This document shows positions 8,519 through 17,259 of a DNA stretch of 45,352 bases, one piece after another. Position 1 is the stretch's first letter. Every line of letters starts with the position of its first letter. Below the pieces are notes generated by a model, which saw only the letters and a list, made by a program, of their open reading frames with translations, did not search any database and was not told the origin of the DNA. The position numbers and the translations under genes were made by a program. Source of the stretch: Planctomycetota bacterium (GTDB taxonomy: Bacteria > Planctomycetota > Planctomycetia > JALXBF01); the NCBI GenBank assembly GCA_026991575.1, contig JALXBF010000139.1:1-45352 (forward strand), in the 5' to 3' direction.

Positions 8519-9170
8519 TCTGTGCACCTCCCTGGGAAGAATCGCCAACTCATCGGCGGTCGTGTGGGCGGCAGTGGCGACGCCCCCGAACGGACTGCTG
8601 GCCCCGCGGATGGACCGCGAAGGGCAACTAATGGTTCGTGGGGAGGAGACGCCCGAATCCGCAGCCCTTGTGCGTCGTCCGGCGCGTTGGTGCCCTACAG
8701 CCAGTGTACCTGGGCCCGCCGTGGTTGAATCGCCAGCTTCGCCGCAGGTCATAGCGGGTGGACACCACGGTCGTGACAGCGTGCGATCGCGCCAGCGCAA
8801 CTCTTGTGCCGACAGAAGCCCGGTGCACCGCGACTCGTTCTAAGGGCACCCGTTCCTCTGACTAAATCCGCCGTAGCTGGCGGTGTGACTCAACTCTTGC
8901 ACGCCGTTCGGACGCCCGATCGAGACGATCGGAGGTACTTCGTCCGCGCAGCAGCTCGAACGCATCCTCCCGACATCCAGAGCGTCTCGATTGCCGTTTC
9001 GCCCGCACGCGCAGCGGGCTAGCTACCGGTCAGACGCGGGCAAGGACTGAATCGGACGCCGTTGTCGACTTAGCGGATGCGATTCTGAGAAGGGGCGGCA
9101 CGACGGTGTCGAACCACTGAGGAGGACCGACTACAGCGGTCGGAACGTGTCGCGGACGGCAACGGGGATG

Positions 9171-9260
9171 AACCCGCCAGCTTCCTTCAATGGGCGGGAG
9201 GGAGGCGTACAGCCCCCCCCTCCCGAGATTTCCGGGAGGCTGGGGGGTTGAATGATTCTT
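9171..9260 (+). repeat. Intergenic hairpin repeat family, copy D
   Basis: AACCCGCCAGCTTCCTTCAATGGGCGG vs copy B AACCCAGCAGCTTGCGTGAATGGGCGG; then CGGGAGGG..CCCTCCCG hairpin and GGGGGTTGAATGATTCTT vs copy A GGGGGTTGGCATGAATCTT. Confidence 0.55.
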
Positions 9261-9520
9261 CCACGCAGGCGGAACCAACCGGCGGCGAGGAGGTCCGGCC
9301 GGGCGGAGCCAAGGGTGGGACGACGGGAGCGGGAGGGCTGGCGAAGGGTGGGGAGAACATCGCGAGGCGTGTGGTTTCGGGAGAGCCAGCGGCGGGGTGT
9401 GCACATTTCGGGACGGGCCGGTCGTTCAGAGCTCCACGCTACGAGAGCAGCCGGCGAGTAGCCGGGACGCTGCGGCGGGAATGGGGGGGAAATGGGCAGC
9501 TCAACGGGAGAGGCGGACAC

Positions 9521-9805
9521 AAAAAACGACCCGGTTGGCAGCCGCTCAACAGGGCCAGGTGGCAAAGGTAGTGTGGCGCGGCTATGATGACGGGTGTGGG
9601 CAAGAACGAGCCGCAGGTTAACCTACGCCGGTTAACCTCGCGAGGTACCGTGCCCGACGCCTTGACCCGTCGATCAAACGTCTGGCCCGTCCTTGCCTCA
9701 CACACGCCATCTCAGCCTGCCACCCCACACTTGGCTACCTGCTCCGGAGTGCCCTGTGTTTTCTTGGCTCCCATCCGGGTCCGCAGTGGGGCGATTCGAT
9801 CCGGT
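9521..9805 (-). ncRNA. Candidate structured non-coding RNA (long irregular rod, branched tip, 3' U6 tract); family not recognised
   Basis: 9528-9612 is an imperfect inverted repeat of 9684-9781; several arm differences are G-U pairs only on the - strand; inner hairpins 9656-9682 and 9615-9638; TTTTTT (- strand, 9521-9526) follows the stem; sigma54 promoter upstream; no convincing ORF. Confidence 0.6.
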
Positions 9806-9815
9806 AGGCTGTGTA

Positions 9816-9831
9816 TGCACCTCTCGTGCCA
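9816..9831 (-). promoter_or_regulatory. sigma54 (-24/-12) promoter
   Basis: TGGCACG-AGAG-GTGCA on the - strand vs consensus TGGCACG-N4-TTGCW (1 mismatch, correct GG-N10-GC spacing); predicted start near 9805. Confidence 0.65.
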
Positions 9832-9941
9832 TAGGCACGACGCAGGGGCCCCGGACCGAACGTTCTCTTGCAACACCAAATCCCTGAACCAGTTGCGTGC
9901 AGGGTGCCAGGATCCGATCGGAAGGGCGTTGCTTGGACCGC

Positions 9942-10080
9942 AGTGTTTAGTTTCTGAACACTTCGTCGGGCGCTCACGGTTCTTCGTTCGGGAACTCGGC
10001 GCAACCACTTGTCAAAAGCGGCAATGTGTGCGAAAATAGCGAGTGTCCGAATTGTGGCCACGTGTTCAGAATCTGGTCTA
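9942..10080. promoter_or_regulatory. Candidate upstream activator sequences for an NtrC-family enhancer-binding protein
   Basis: Dyad AGTGTTTAG-TTT-CTGAACACT (9942-9962, TGT-N11-ACA) and two adjacent related motifs GTGTCCGAATTGTGGCCAC (10043-10061) and GTGTTCAGAATCTGGTCTA (10062-10080). Confidence 0.45.
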
Positions 10081-10091
10081 AGGCGGCTTGC

Positions 10092-11819
10092 ATGCAGGTG
10101 TCCAGGGCTAGGCCCGTACAACTCGGTTGGTTGACGCCGGTCGTGCTTCTGTTGCCGACCTTCAACGCTGCGGCGATCGTTTACCTTGCCCAGGGCCAGC
10201 TCCAGACCGATCCGATCGCCCCGTGGCGTACCGCTTACTTGGTCTCCGGCTGCCTAATTGTCCAGCTGCTGTTGCTGCTGATTACCGACACTGCCGCTCA
10301 CCGGCTCAGCGCCCACGCTGCCTTGTTTGCCGCCACGCTGAAGACATCGCTCTTGGCGGCCATTGCTCTGAAAACCGGAGGCTACTCGTTCGTTGCGTTC
10401 TACGTCTTGATTGTCCTGGTCGCTGCTGTTCGGTTTGGGCAATGGCCGGCGCTTGTGCATCTGCTCTGGATCACGCTCGTGCAGACGGCCGCGACGTACT
10501 GGAACCTGCCACTGATTCTGGGCATTCCGGACGTACAACCCCGGCTGGGCATTTCGGCGATCACCCCGGCTGCCACGTTGTGTCTGCTGGCCTTGGTTGG
10601 CTATGCAAGCTGGGTTATTCGGCGGCTCCGCTATCTGGAGACGCTCAGCCGGGCGATCTCCGACGGTGTCCTTGTGCTGTCGGAAGACGGAACGGTTCTG
10701 GAGGCGAATCGACAGGCCGCGGAGCAGGCGGGTCGGCAGCTTCCCGAGCTGCTGGGCCGGTCACTTTTTGAGTTGTGCACGTTGCCTGAAGGGGCCCACG
10801 AGGAGCTCCGCACGCTGTGGTCTGCTTGCCTGCGCAACGGGCACGCGCGCTTTGAGATGCTTTGGCAGCGGCCGGACGGGAGCACGTTACCGGCGGAGTT
10901 GGTGGCGGCGCGTGTCGAGGGGGTCAAGCCGGTTCGTGTGCAAGCGTTCACGCGCGACATGTCGCGTTGGAAGGAGATGGCCGCTGCGATCGAGCGGCAG
11001 AACGAGGAGTTGCGTCGCATGAACGTGGAGCTGGCGCGCAGCCGTGACCTGGCTCTGGAGGCCAGCCGGCTGAAGAGCCGGTTCCTGGCGACGATGTCCC
11101 ACGAGCTGCGCACGCCGCTGAATTCGATCATCGGCTACACGAAACTGCTGCTTGCTGGCCCCGAGCCGCTCAGTGATCAGGTCCGGCAGGACCTGGAGTG
11201 TGTCCTGCGGGCGGCCACTCACCTGCTGGACCTCATCAACGGCCTGCTCGATCTTGCCCGCATCGAGGCAGGCAAGGAGACGGTGGAGCGCGAGGCGGTC
11301 GAACTGCGCGATGTGGCGACGGCGGCGTTGGAATCGGTTGCCCCTCTGGCGCGCCAGAAAGAGCTGCCCGTGCGGCTCGTCGACCACTGTAGCCGTGAGA
11401 CCGTGCTGTGCACGGATCGCAAGAAGCTGTGGCGAATCCTGGTTAACCTACTGTCCAACGCAGTTCGCTTCACGGAGGAAGGCGAAGTGGTGCTGGAGCT
11501 GGCGGAGGCCGACGGGCTGGTCGTTCTGCGCGTGCGCGACACGGGCATCGGGATCCCGGCTGCCGACTTGCCGCACATCTTCGACGAGTTCCACCAGGTG
11601 AAGAACTGGCATCGCCAGACCGGTGCTGGCACCGGGCTGGGGCTGGCCATCACCAAGCGGCTGGTGGAGCTTCTGGGTGGCACGATCCTGGTGACCAGTG
11701 AGCCGGGCAGAGGCAGTACGTTCGAGGTCCGGCTGCCACTGACGCAACCGGCCGCAGCATCGCAGCAGCCGGCAGCGTCTGGGGCCGCAGTGAAGGGGGG
11801 GATGCGCGATGAGCAGTGA
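10092..11819 (+). CDS. Membrane-bound PAS-domain sensor histidine kinase
   Basis: Several N-terminal TM segments, PAS, H-box FLATMSHELRTPLN, N-box NLLSNAVRF, G boxes DTGIG and GTGLGL. Start probably ATG 10092 (ORF track 10026). Confidence 0.95.
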   Translation: MQVSRARPVQLGWLTPVVLLLPTFNAAAIVYLAQGQLQTDPIAPWRTAYLVSGCLIVQLLLLLITDTAAHRLSAHAALFAATLKTSLLAAIALKTGGYSFVAFYVLIVLVAAVRFGQWPALVHLLWITLVQTAATYWNLPLILGIPDVQPRLGISAITPAATLCLLALVGYASWVIRRLRYLETLSRAISDGVLVLSEDGTVLEANRQAAEQAGRQLPELLGRSLFELCTLPEGAHEELRTLWSACLRNGHARFEMLWQRPDGSTLPAELVAARVEGVKPVRVQAFTRDMSRWKEMAAAIERQNEELRRMNVELARSRDLALEASRLKSRFLATMSHELRTPLNSIIGYTKLLLAGPEPLSDQVRQDLECVLRAATHLLDLINGLLDLARIEAGKETVEREAVELRDVATAALESVAPLARQKELPVRLVDHCSRETVLCTDRKKLWRILVNLLSNAVRFTEEGEVVLELAEADGLVVLRVRDTGIGIPAADLPHIFDEFHQVKNWHRQTGAGTGLGLAITKRLVELLGGTILVTSEPGRGSTFEVRLPLTQPAAASQQPAASGAAVKGGMRDEQ

Positions 11820-12987
11820 TTCGATCGACCGCTTACGTGCCGATGGCATTGTCATTGACGACAGCCCGGGTGCCGTGCTCGTGGTCGAGGATCAGCCCTT
11901 GGACCGCGACCTGATCGTGCGAGTGCTCCAGCGGGGGGGGCATCGGGTGCGGGCAGCGGCGTCGGCTGCCGAGGGGCTTGAGTTGCTCGAGCGCGAGCGG
12001 CCCGAATTGATCCTGTGCGATATTTCCATGCCGGGCATGGATGGGCTGGAGTTCTGCCGCACCGTCAAGGCGCGCCTGGGTGATGAGTTTGTGCCGTTTC
12101 TGTTTGTCACCGCGCTGACCCGCCCCGAGCACCTGCTGGCCGGCTTCGAGGCTGGGGCGGAGGACTACATCGAGAAGCCGTTCGAGTTCGAGGAACTGCT
12201 CGTGCGCGTGCGGACCATGCTGCGCATTCGCCGGCTTCATGCGGCGCTGCGCGAGCATGCGCGCCGCCTGCAGGAGGCTTATCACGAGACCGAAGAGCTG
12301 GTGCATGTTGTCTCGCACGATCTGCGCGCGCCGCTGGTGAGCATTGTCGCCGTCACCAACGAGCTGCTTGAGCGGTTCGCGTCCGGCCAGCCCGATCTGG
12401 CGGAGGTCCGCCGGCTGCTGGAAGAGCTGCGTGCGGCAGCGGCCCATTCGGCCGAACTGGCCAACAAGATCGTCGAGTATGGCCGCCTGGGCCGAAACAC
12501 CTCCGGTTGGATCCGATTCGATGTTGGCCTGGCCTTCGAGCAAGCACGCCGCAACGTGCAGGCCCAGCTGCGAGCGGCCGGGGCCGAGCTGAAAGTGCCT
12601 GACCGCTGGCCGGAGCTGTTCGGCGACCCGATTGGCATCTGCCAGGTGTTTCAGAACCTGCTGGACAACAGCTGCAAGTTCGCTGACCCGCACCGGCCTC
12701 TGCTCATCGAGGCTGGCTGGCAGCCGGTGCCCGGTGTCCCAAGACGCTACCGCTTCTGGGTGCGCGACACGGGACAAGGTATCGACCCGGCGCGACAACG
12801 TGATGTGTTCCGGCTCTTTGCTCGTGCCCACAGCGGGCAGCCCGGCTACGGCGTCGGCCTGGCGGCCGCCCAGCGCATCGTCCGCCGCCACGGCGGCCAG
12901 ATCGGGCTGGAGTCTGAGCCCGGGCAGGGTACCACCGTCTGGTTCATCCTGCCAGAAGGAACGGAGGTCCAGACCGCACAGCGTTGA
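11809..12987 (+). CDS. Receiver-domain + histidine kinase protein
   Basis: REC (VVEDQ, LCDISMP, IEKP), H-box VSHDLRAP, NLLDN, DTGQG, GYGVGL; overlaps the upstream gene by 11 nt. Confidence 0.93.
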   Translation: MSSDSIDRLRADGIVIDDSPGAVLVVEDQPLDRDLIVRVLQRGGHRVRAAASAAEGLELLERERPELILCDISMPGMDGLEFCRTVKARLGDEFVPFLFVTALTRPEHLLAGFEAGAEDYIEKPFEFEELLVRVRTMLRIRRLHAALREHARRLQEAYHETEELVHVVSHDLRAPLVSIVAVTNELLERFASGQPDLAEVRRLLEELRAAAAHSAELANKIVEYGRLGRNTSGWIRFDVGLAFEQARRNVQAQLRAAGAELKVPDRWPELFGDPIGICQVFQNLLDNSCKFADPHRPLLIEAGWQPVPGVPRRYRFWVRDTGQGIDPARQRDVFRLFARAHSGQPGYGVGLAAAQRIVRRHGGQIGLESEPGQGTTVWFILPEGTEVQTAQR

Positions 12988-12996
12988 GGTTAGCTG

Positions 12997-14421
12997 ATGT
13001 CGTTGACCGAACGCACTGCCGATCAAACGCAGCGCGTGACGCCTGCAGCCTTTCGACGTGTGCTCGTTGTGGACGACGATCCACTGCATCGGGAGCTGTC
13101 ACGCCGCGCTCTGGAGCGCGAGGGGCTGGCGGTGGAAGTGGCCGAATCGGCCGAGGAAGCTCTGGCCCGGCTCCGCGAGCAGCATTTCGATGCGGTCGTT
13201 TCCGACTACAAGTTGCCCGGCATGACTGGCCTCGAGTTGCTGCAGCGGCTGGGGCGGCCCCCGGCGGCCCCCCCACTGGTCCTCGTAACGGCGTTGGGCG
13301 ACCAGCGGGTGGCGGCCGAAGCGCTGAAGGCCGGGGCACAGGAATATGTGGTCAAGGACGTGCCGGCGCTGGGCTACCTGGAGATGCTGCCGACGCTGAT
13401 CCAGGAGGCGATCCGCCGTTCGGAACTGCTGCGCGAGAACGCAAGGCTCAGGGAACAGCTCCAACAGAGCAGCCCGGACGGTCTGCTTGTGGGACGCTCC
13501 GCAGCGATCCGTCGTGTGCTGGCCTTGATCGAAGAAGTAGCCCCGGTCGACTCCACCGTACTGATTACCGGCGAGAGTGGCACGGGCAAGGAGCTGGTGG
13601 CCAGGGCAATACATCGGCGAAGCCCGCGTGCGTCCGGCCCGTTCGTCGTGGCCAACTGTGCTGCGCTGCCGGAAAGTCTACTGGAAAGTGAACTGTTCGG
13701 GCACGAGGCCGGCGCGTTCACCGGGGCGCGCGCGGCACGCAAGGGCCGTTTCGAACGCGCCAACGGCGGAACACTGTTCCTCGACGAACTCGGGGACATT
13801 CCGCCCAAAGCCCAGGTTGACCTGCTGCGCGTGCTCCAGGAGCGCGAATTCGAGCGGGTCGGCGGCACGCAGACGATCCGTGTTGACGTCCGGATCATCG
13901 CAGCAACTAACCGCGACCTCCAGCAACTGGTGCGCGAAGGCAAGTTCCGCGAAGACCTGTACTACCGGGTCAACGTCATCCCGATCCACCTGCCCCCCCT
14001 GCGCGAACGACCTGAAGACATCGCACCGCTGGCTTACCACTTCCTGCGCCGGTTTGCTCGCCGGTTCAACAAGCCGATCGAAGGGTTCACGGCGCGGGCG
14101 ATGGAAGTGCTCACCGCTTACGCCTGGCCCGGCAACGTGCGGGAGCTAGAGAACTTGATCGAACGCGTCGTCGTGCTCTGCCGGGCTGATCGGATCGACG
14201 TCGAGGATCTGCCGTCACACCTGTGGCGCAAGAGCAAAACCATGCCCCTGGAAACGGTCGACAACCTGGAACTCGTCGAGAAGCTAACGATCGAACGCGT
14301 GGTGCGTACCAGTAGCACCGTGGCCGAAGCAGCCCGACGACTCGGCATCTCGCGCACCACGCTCTACGCTAAGATGCGCAAGTACGGCCTGGACACTACC
14401 CTCCTGAAGCACTCCTCCTGA
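12997..14421 (+). CDS. sigma54-dependent response regulator (NtrC/AtoC family)
   Basis: REC, Walker A GESGTGKE, ESELFGH, GAFTGA, LFLDE, WPGNVREL, Fis-type HTH AARRLGISRTTLY. Confidence 0.97.
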   Translation: MSLTERTADQTQRVTPAAFRRVLVVDDDPLHRELSRRALEREGLAVEVAESAEEALARLREQHFDAVVSDYKLPGMTGLELLQRLGRPPAAPPLVLVTALGDQRVAAEALKAGAQEYVVKDVPALGYLEMLPTLIQEAIRRSELLRENARLREQLQQSSPDGLLVGRSAAIRRVLALIEEVAPVDSTVLITGESGTGKELVARAIHRRSPRASGPFVVANCAALPESLLESELFGHEAGAFTGARAARKGRFERANGGTLFLDELGDIPPKAQVDLLRVLQEREFERVGGTQTIRVDVRIIAATNRDLQQLVREGKFREDLYYRVNVIPIHLPPLRERPEDIAPLAYHFLRRFARRFNKPIEGFTARAMEVLTAYAWPGNVRELENLIERVVVLCRADRIDVEDLPSHLWRKSKTMPLETVDNLELVEKLTIERVVRTSSTVAEAARRLGISRTTLYAKMRKYGLDTTLLKHSS

Positions 14422-15802
14422 CCAGCGTCTCCAACAGGCGGTAAAACAACTCCAACGAGTACTGCAGCTCCTCCTGCCGGATCACCAGCGGGGGGCTGAT
14501 CCGCAGTACGCACTTGGCCAATGGACCGATCAGATGGATCCCTTCGCCATCTTCGGTCCCCTGATAGCACCGTAGCACACAGTCGCATGCCATCGCACCG
14601 GCATCCCTGTTCGCGTAGTCGGTTATCTCCACCCCCCAGACCATCCCCTCACCACGCACGTACCGCACGAACGGCAGTTCCTTCAACCGGCACAAGCCTT
14701 CCTGGATGATCGGCTCGAGGCCCTCCACGTGGGCAACGATGTCGGTTGGTTCGAAGCAATCCAGCGTTGCCAGGACACCGGCGCAAGCGAGCGGGTTTCC
14801 GCTAAAAGTGTCGGACGCTTCGCCGTAGTCGAGCGCATCGAGCACATCGGCGCGGCCCACGGCTGCGCTGACCGGGATCCCATTGGCCATGCCCTTACCT
14901 AGCAACACGATATCCGGCTCGACACCATACCGTTCGAAAGCGAACATCGGGCCGGTGCGGCCGAAACAGGACTGGATCTCGTCCAGGATGAACACGATGT
15001 CGTGTTCCTTGCAGAAACGATCCAGGAGTTGCAAGTACTCGCGAGGGGGATGGAACGAACCGGCTGCGCCAAGGTAAGGCTCTGTGATCAGGCAGGCCAC
15101 CTTGCCGCCACATTCCTGCCACAGGGCTTCCAGTTCCTTGCGATACGGTTCCGGATCGAACGGTTGCTGTTCCCGCACGGTCACGTCGATGCATTCCTGT
15201 TTCGGGAACGAGATGAACTTCACGCGGGGATCCCGGTCCGGAGACTGCTCGTTGCCGGTGGTTGCTCCGGCCAACCCCTTCTTGCCGTGAAAGCCGTCGC
15301 GCGTTGCCCAGATGAAAGTGCGGCTCCGGTCGCGCGCCAGCGCTGCCCAGAGTGCCTTTTGCACCGCTTCAGAACCGGAGGCTGCCCAGATGACTTTCTC
15401 GGCGCGCCCGCCGCCCGGGTGGGCACGCACCGCCTGGACCAGGCGCTCACTGGCCATCGCCTCCAGCTCCGTCGCGCAGTTGTAGGCGGTCAACGGAGGC
15501 AGTGGCACATAGGCCGCCTCGTCGTCATCGTCGTCCAGCAGGCGGTCCCAACCCAGGTACTCCATGACACGCCGGATCCAAACCCGCGGATTGTGGCCGA
15601 GATTGGCTACCAGCACACCCGATGCATAGTCGTACAAGCGGCGGCCCTCCGGTGTGTAGTGGAACACGCCGGCACTGTGCTCTAACACGGCCAGCGACGG
15701 TGTGTACGTACGCTGGCCCCTGGCTTCGTACCGTGCGATCCGAGCACGAATGTCGTTGGACCGCGCTTCGCCGGGATGTTCAATCGTCATTGCTTCGTCC
15801 AC
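14396..15802 (-). CDS. Class III PLP-dependent aminotransferase
   Basis: SGSEA, GFHG, TEPYLG, ILDEIQSCFGRTG, LLGKG (PLP lysine), TFSGNP. Confidence 0.92.
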   Translation of the reverse strand: MDEAMTIEHPGEARSNDIRARIARYEARGQRTYTPSLAVLEHSAGVFHYTPEGRRLYDYASGVLVANLGHNPRVWIRRVMEYLGWDRLLDDDDDEAAYVPLPPLTAYNCATELEAMASERLVQAVRAHPGGGRAEKVIWAASGSEAVQKALWAALARDRSRTFIWATRDGFHGKKGLAGATTGNEQSPDRDPRVKFISFPKQECIDVTVREQQPFDPEPYRKELEALWQECGGKVACLITEPYLGAAGSFHPPREYLQLLDRFCKEHDIVFILDEIQSCFGRTGPMFAFERYGVEPDIVLLGKGMANGIPVSAAVGRADVLDALDYGEASDTFSGNPLACAGVLATLDCFEPTDIVAHVEGLEPIIQEGLCRLKELPFVRYVRGEGMVWGVEITDYANRDAGAMACDCVLRCYQGTEDGEGIHLIGPLAKCVLRISPPLVIRQEELQYSLELFYRLLETLVRRSASGG

Positions 15803-15867
15803 CTAGGGGGTGCTACCACAGCCCGCCGGGCAGTTGCCCGTTGGCAAGTTTTCGGTTGCTCGCCAAG

Positions 15868-17148
15868 CTAGACCTCGCCTGCGTACAGCACCTTGGGGTC
15901 CGCGCTCCCCGGCCGATGCAGTACCAGGCCGCCGTCCGGGCAGTTCACATGCACGAGCGACCCCGGGTGGCCGCGCGCATGCTCCTCAAGAATGGCTTCC
16001 ATGGCCTGAACCGCAGCCACCACCTGACGGTCGGCGGCCAGGTCCGCGTAGTCCAGGGCACGTACCTCTTCCAGACGCCGTTCCCTCTGATCCTCGGCAC
16101 CGCCCAGCTCCACATAAGCGACCTCCTGGATAAACCGCTCGATCGCCTCCAGCCCGTAGCCGCGCACCGAACGCTCGTTCCACGGCTCCAGAAACGCCCC
16201 GTTGTAGTGGTTGTTCAGGTTGATCTTCAGCTCATGGGGGGTCAGGCCCTCCACGGTTACCTCCACGCCCCGACGCCGCTGATGCGCGTTCCAGACGCCA
16301 TTGTCAAAGCGAAACTGTACCTCTTGTTCGACGTAGCCCGGGAAGTTGTCTGGCGTCACCCAGCTGGTGTGGATGTCGAACGCCGCCTCGCGGCCGTCGT
16401 CGTAGCGGTACTCCAGCCGCAGCTGCACGGAGTCCCAGGTGTTCTCCTCCGGTGAGCCGACCAGGCCCCGCTGTCCCGTGGCGGTGACACGGGTGAGCCG
16501 GCCGCCGAACGTAAAGTCAATCAACTTGATGTAGTGCACAGCCACGTAGGTGCCCGGATTGCGGCCGGCAATCCACTCGGCGAACTGCTCAAAAGCGATC
16601 CGCTTCGGTTCCAGCAGCGAGCAGTAGCCGTTGTTGACGTGCTTGAGGACACCATCGGCCACCAGCGTGCGCAGCTTCTTGTGGTCCGGGTCGAACAACT
16701 TGTGATACACGACGCGCGCCAGGACACTGCGCTCGCGGGCCAGCTCCACCAGTTCGTCCAGCTCTTGCAGCCGCAGCACGGACGGCTTCTCGATCAACAC
16801 GTGCTTACCATGCTCAATTGCCAGCTTTGCCGCCGCGTAGTGCCGCGGGTCCGGGGTGGCCACGCATATGAAGTCCACGTCGGACTCGGCGAGCTGGCGG
16901 AGCGCATTTGGCCCGGCGTAGATTTCAAACGGATAGATCTTGCCTTTGGCCTGTTCCAGATAGCGTCGTGCACGGCGGCCCGTGCGCGAGGCGGTTGCCA
17001 CCAGCTCAACCTCTACCGGGCCCGAGGCCGGTGTGTAGAGCTTCTCCCGGTGGAGCCGCTCAAAGAGCGGCCGGTACGTCTCGTCAAAGATCATGCCCAT
17101 GCCGGCCATGCCGGCGCGAAGCAGGGGACGATTCCGCCGCGTAGGCAT
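15868..17148 (-). CDS. Gfo/Idh/MocA-family oxidoreductase
   Basis: Rossmann-like start AGMAGMG, VATPDPRH, GKHVLIEKP; start uncertain (17148 or 17178). Confidence 0.88.
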   Translation of the reverse strand: MPTRRNRPLLRAGMAGMGMIFDETYRPLFERLHREKLYTPASGPVEVELVATASRTGRRARRYLEQAKGKIYPFEIYAGPNALRQLAESDVDFICVATPDPRHYAAAKLAIEHGKHVLIEKPSVLRLQELDELVELARERSVLARVVYHKLFDPDHKKLRTLVADGVLKHVNNGYCSLLEPKRIAFEQFAEWIAGRNPGTYVAVHYIKLIDFTFGGRLTRVTATGQRGLVGSPEENTWDSVQLRLEYRYDDGREAAFDIHTSWVTPDNFPGYVEQEVQFRFDNGVWNAHQRRRGVEVTVEGLTPHELKINLNNHYNGAFLEPWNERSVRGYGLEAIERFIQEVAYVELGGAEDQRERRLEEVRALDYADLAADRQVVAAVQAMEAILEEHARGHPGSLVHVNCPDGGLVLHRPGSADPKVLYAGEV

Positions 17149-17259
17149 CGTTCTGCTGCTCCCGATCAACTCGGGCAAACCGGTACAATCTGCGTGCTGT
17201 CGAGGCTGTTCATTCTAGAGGGCCGCCGCAACCTTGCCCTGCATCCGAAGGAGAGTGCG

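Noticed and set aside
9519..9556. Stand-alone intrinsic terminator GGCCCTGTTG..CAACCGGGTC-T6 (- strand)
   Set aside because: Both arms also pair with the 5' arm of the long rod, so it is treated as part of the candidate RNA; an alternative fold is possible but unproven.
9618..9774. Small - strand ORFs MGAKKTQG.. (20 aa) and MACVRQG.. (30 aa) inside the candidate RNA
   Set aside because: No RBS, start codons buried in the stem, no recognisable features.
9690..9805. Six GGA motifs suggesting a CsrB/Rsm-type sponge
   Set aside because: Several lie within the long stem rather than in short hairpin loops; enrichment is modest for GC-rich DNA.
9877..9889. Possible IHF site GTTCAGGGATTTG (- strand) between promoter and enhancer
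   Set aside because: Three mismatches to WATCAANNNNTTR; position plausible but too weak to call.
16534..17259. N-terminal 242 aa of ORF 16534..18273
   Set aside because: Antisense shadow of the oxidoreductase; the isomerase starts at ATG 17260 with an AAGGAG RBS.
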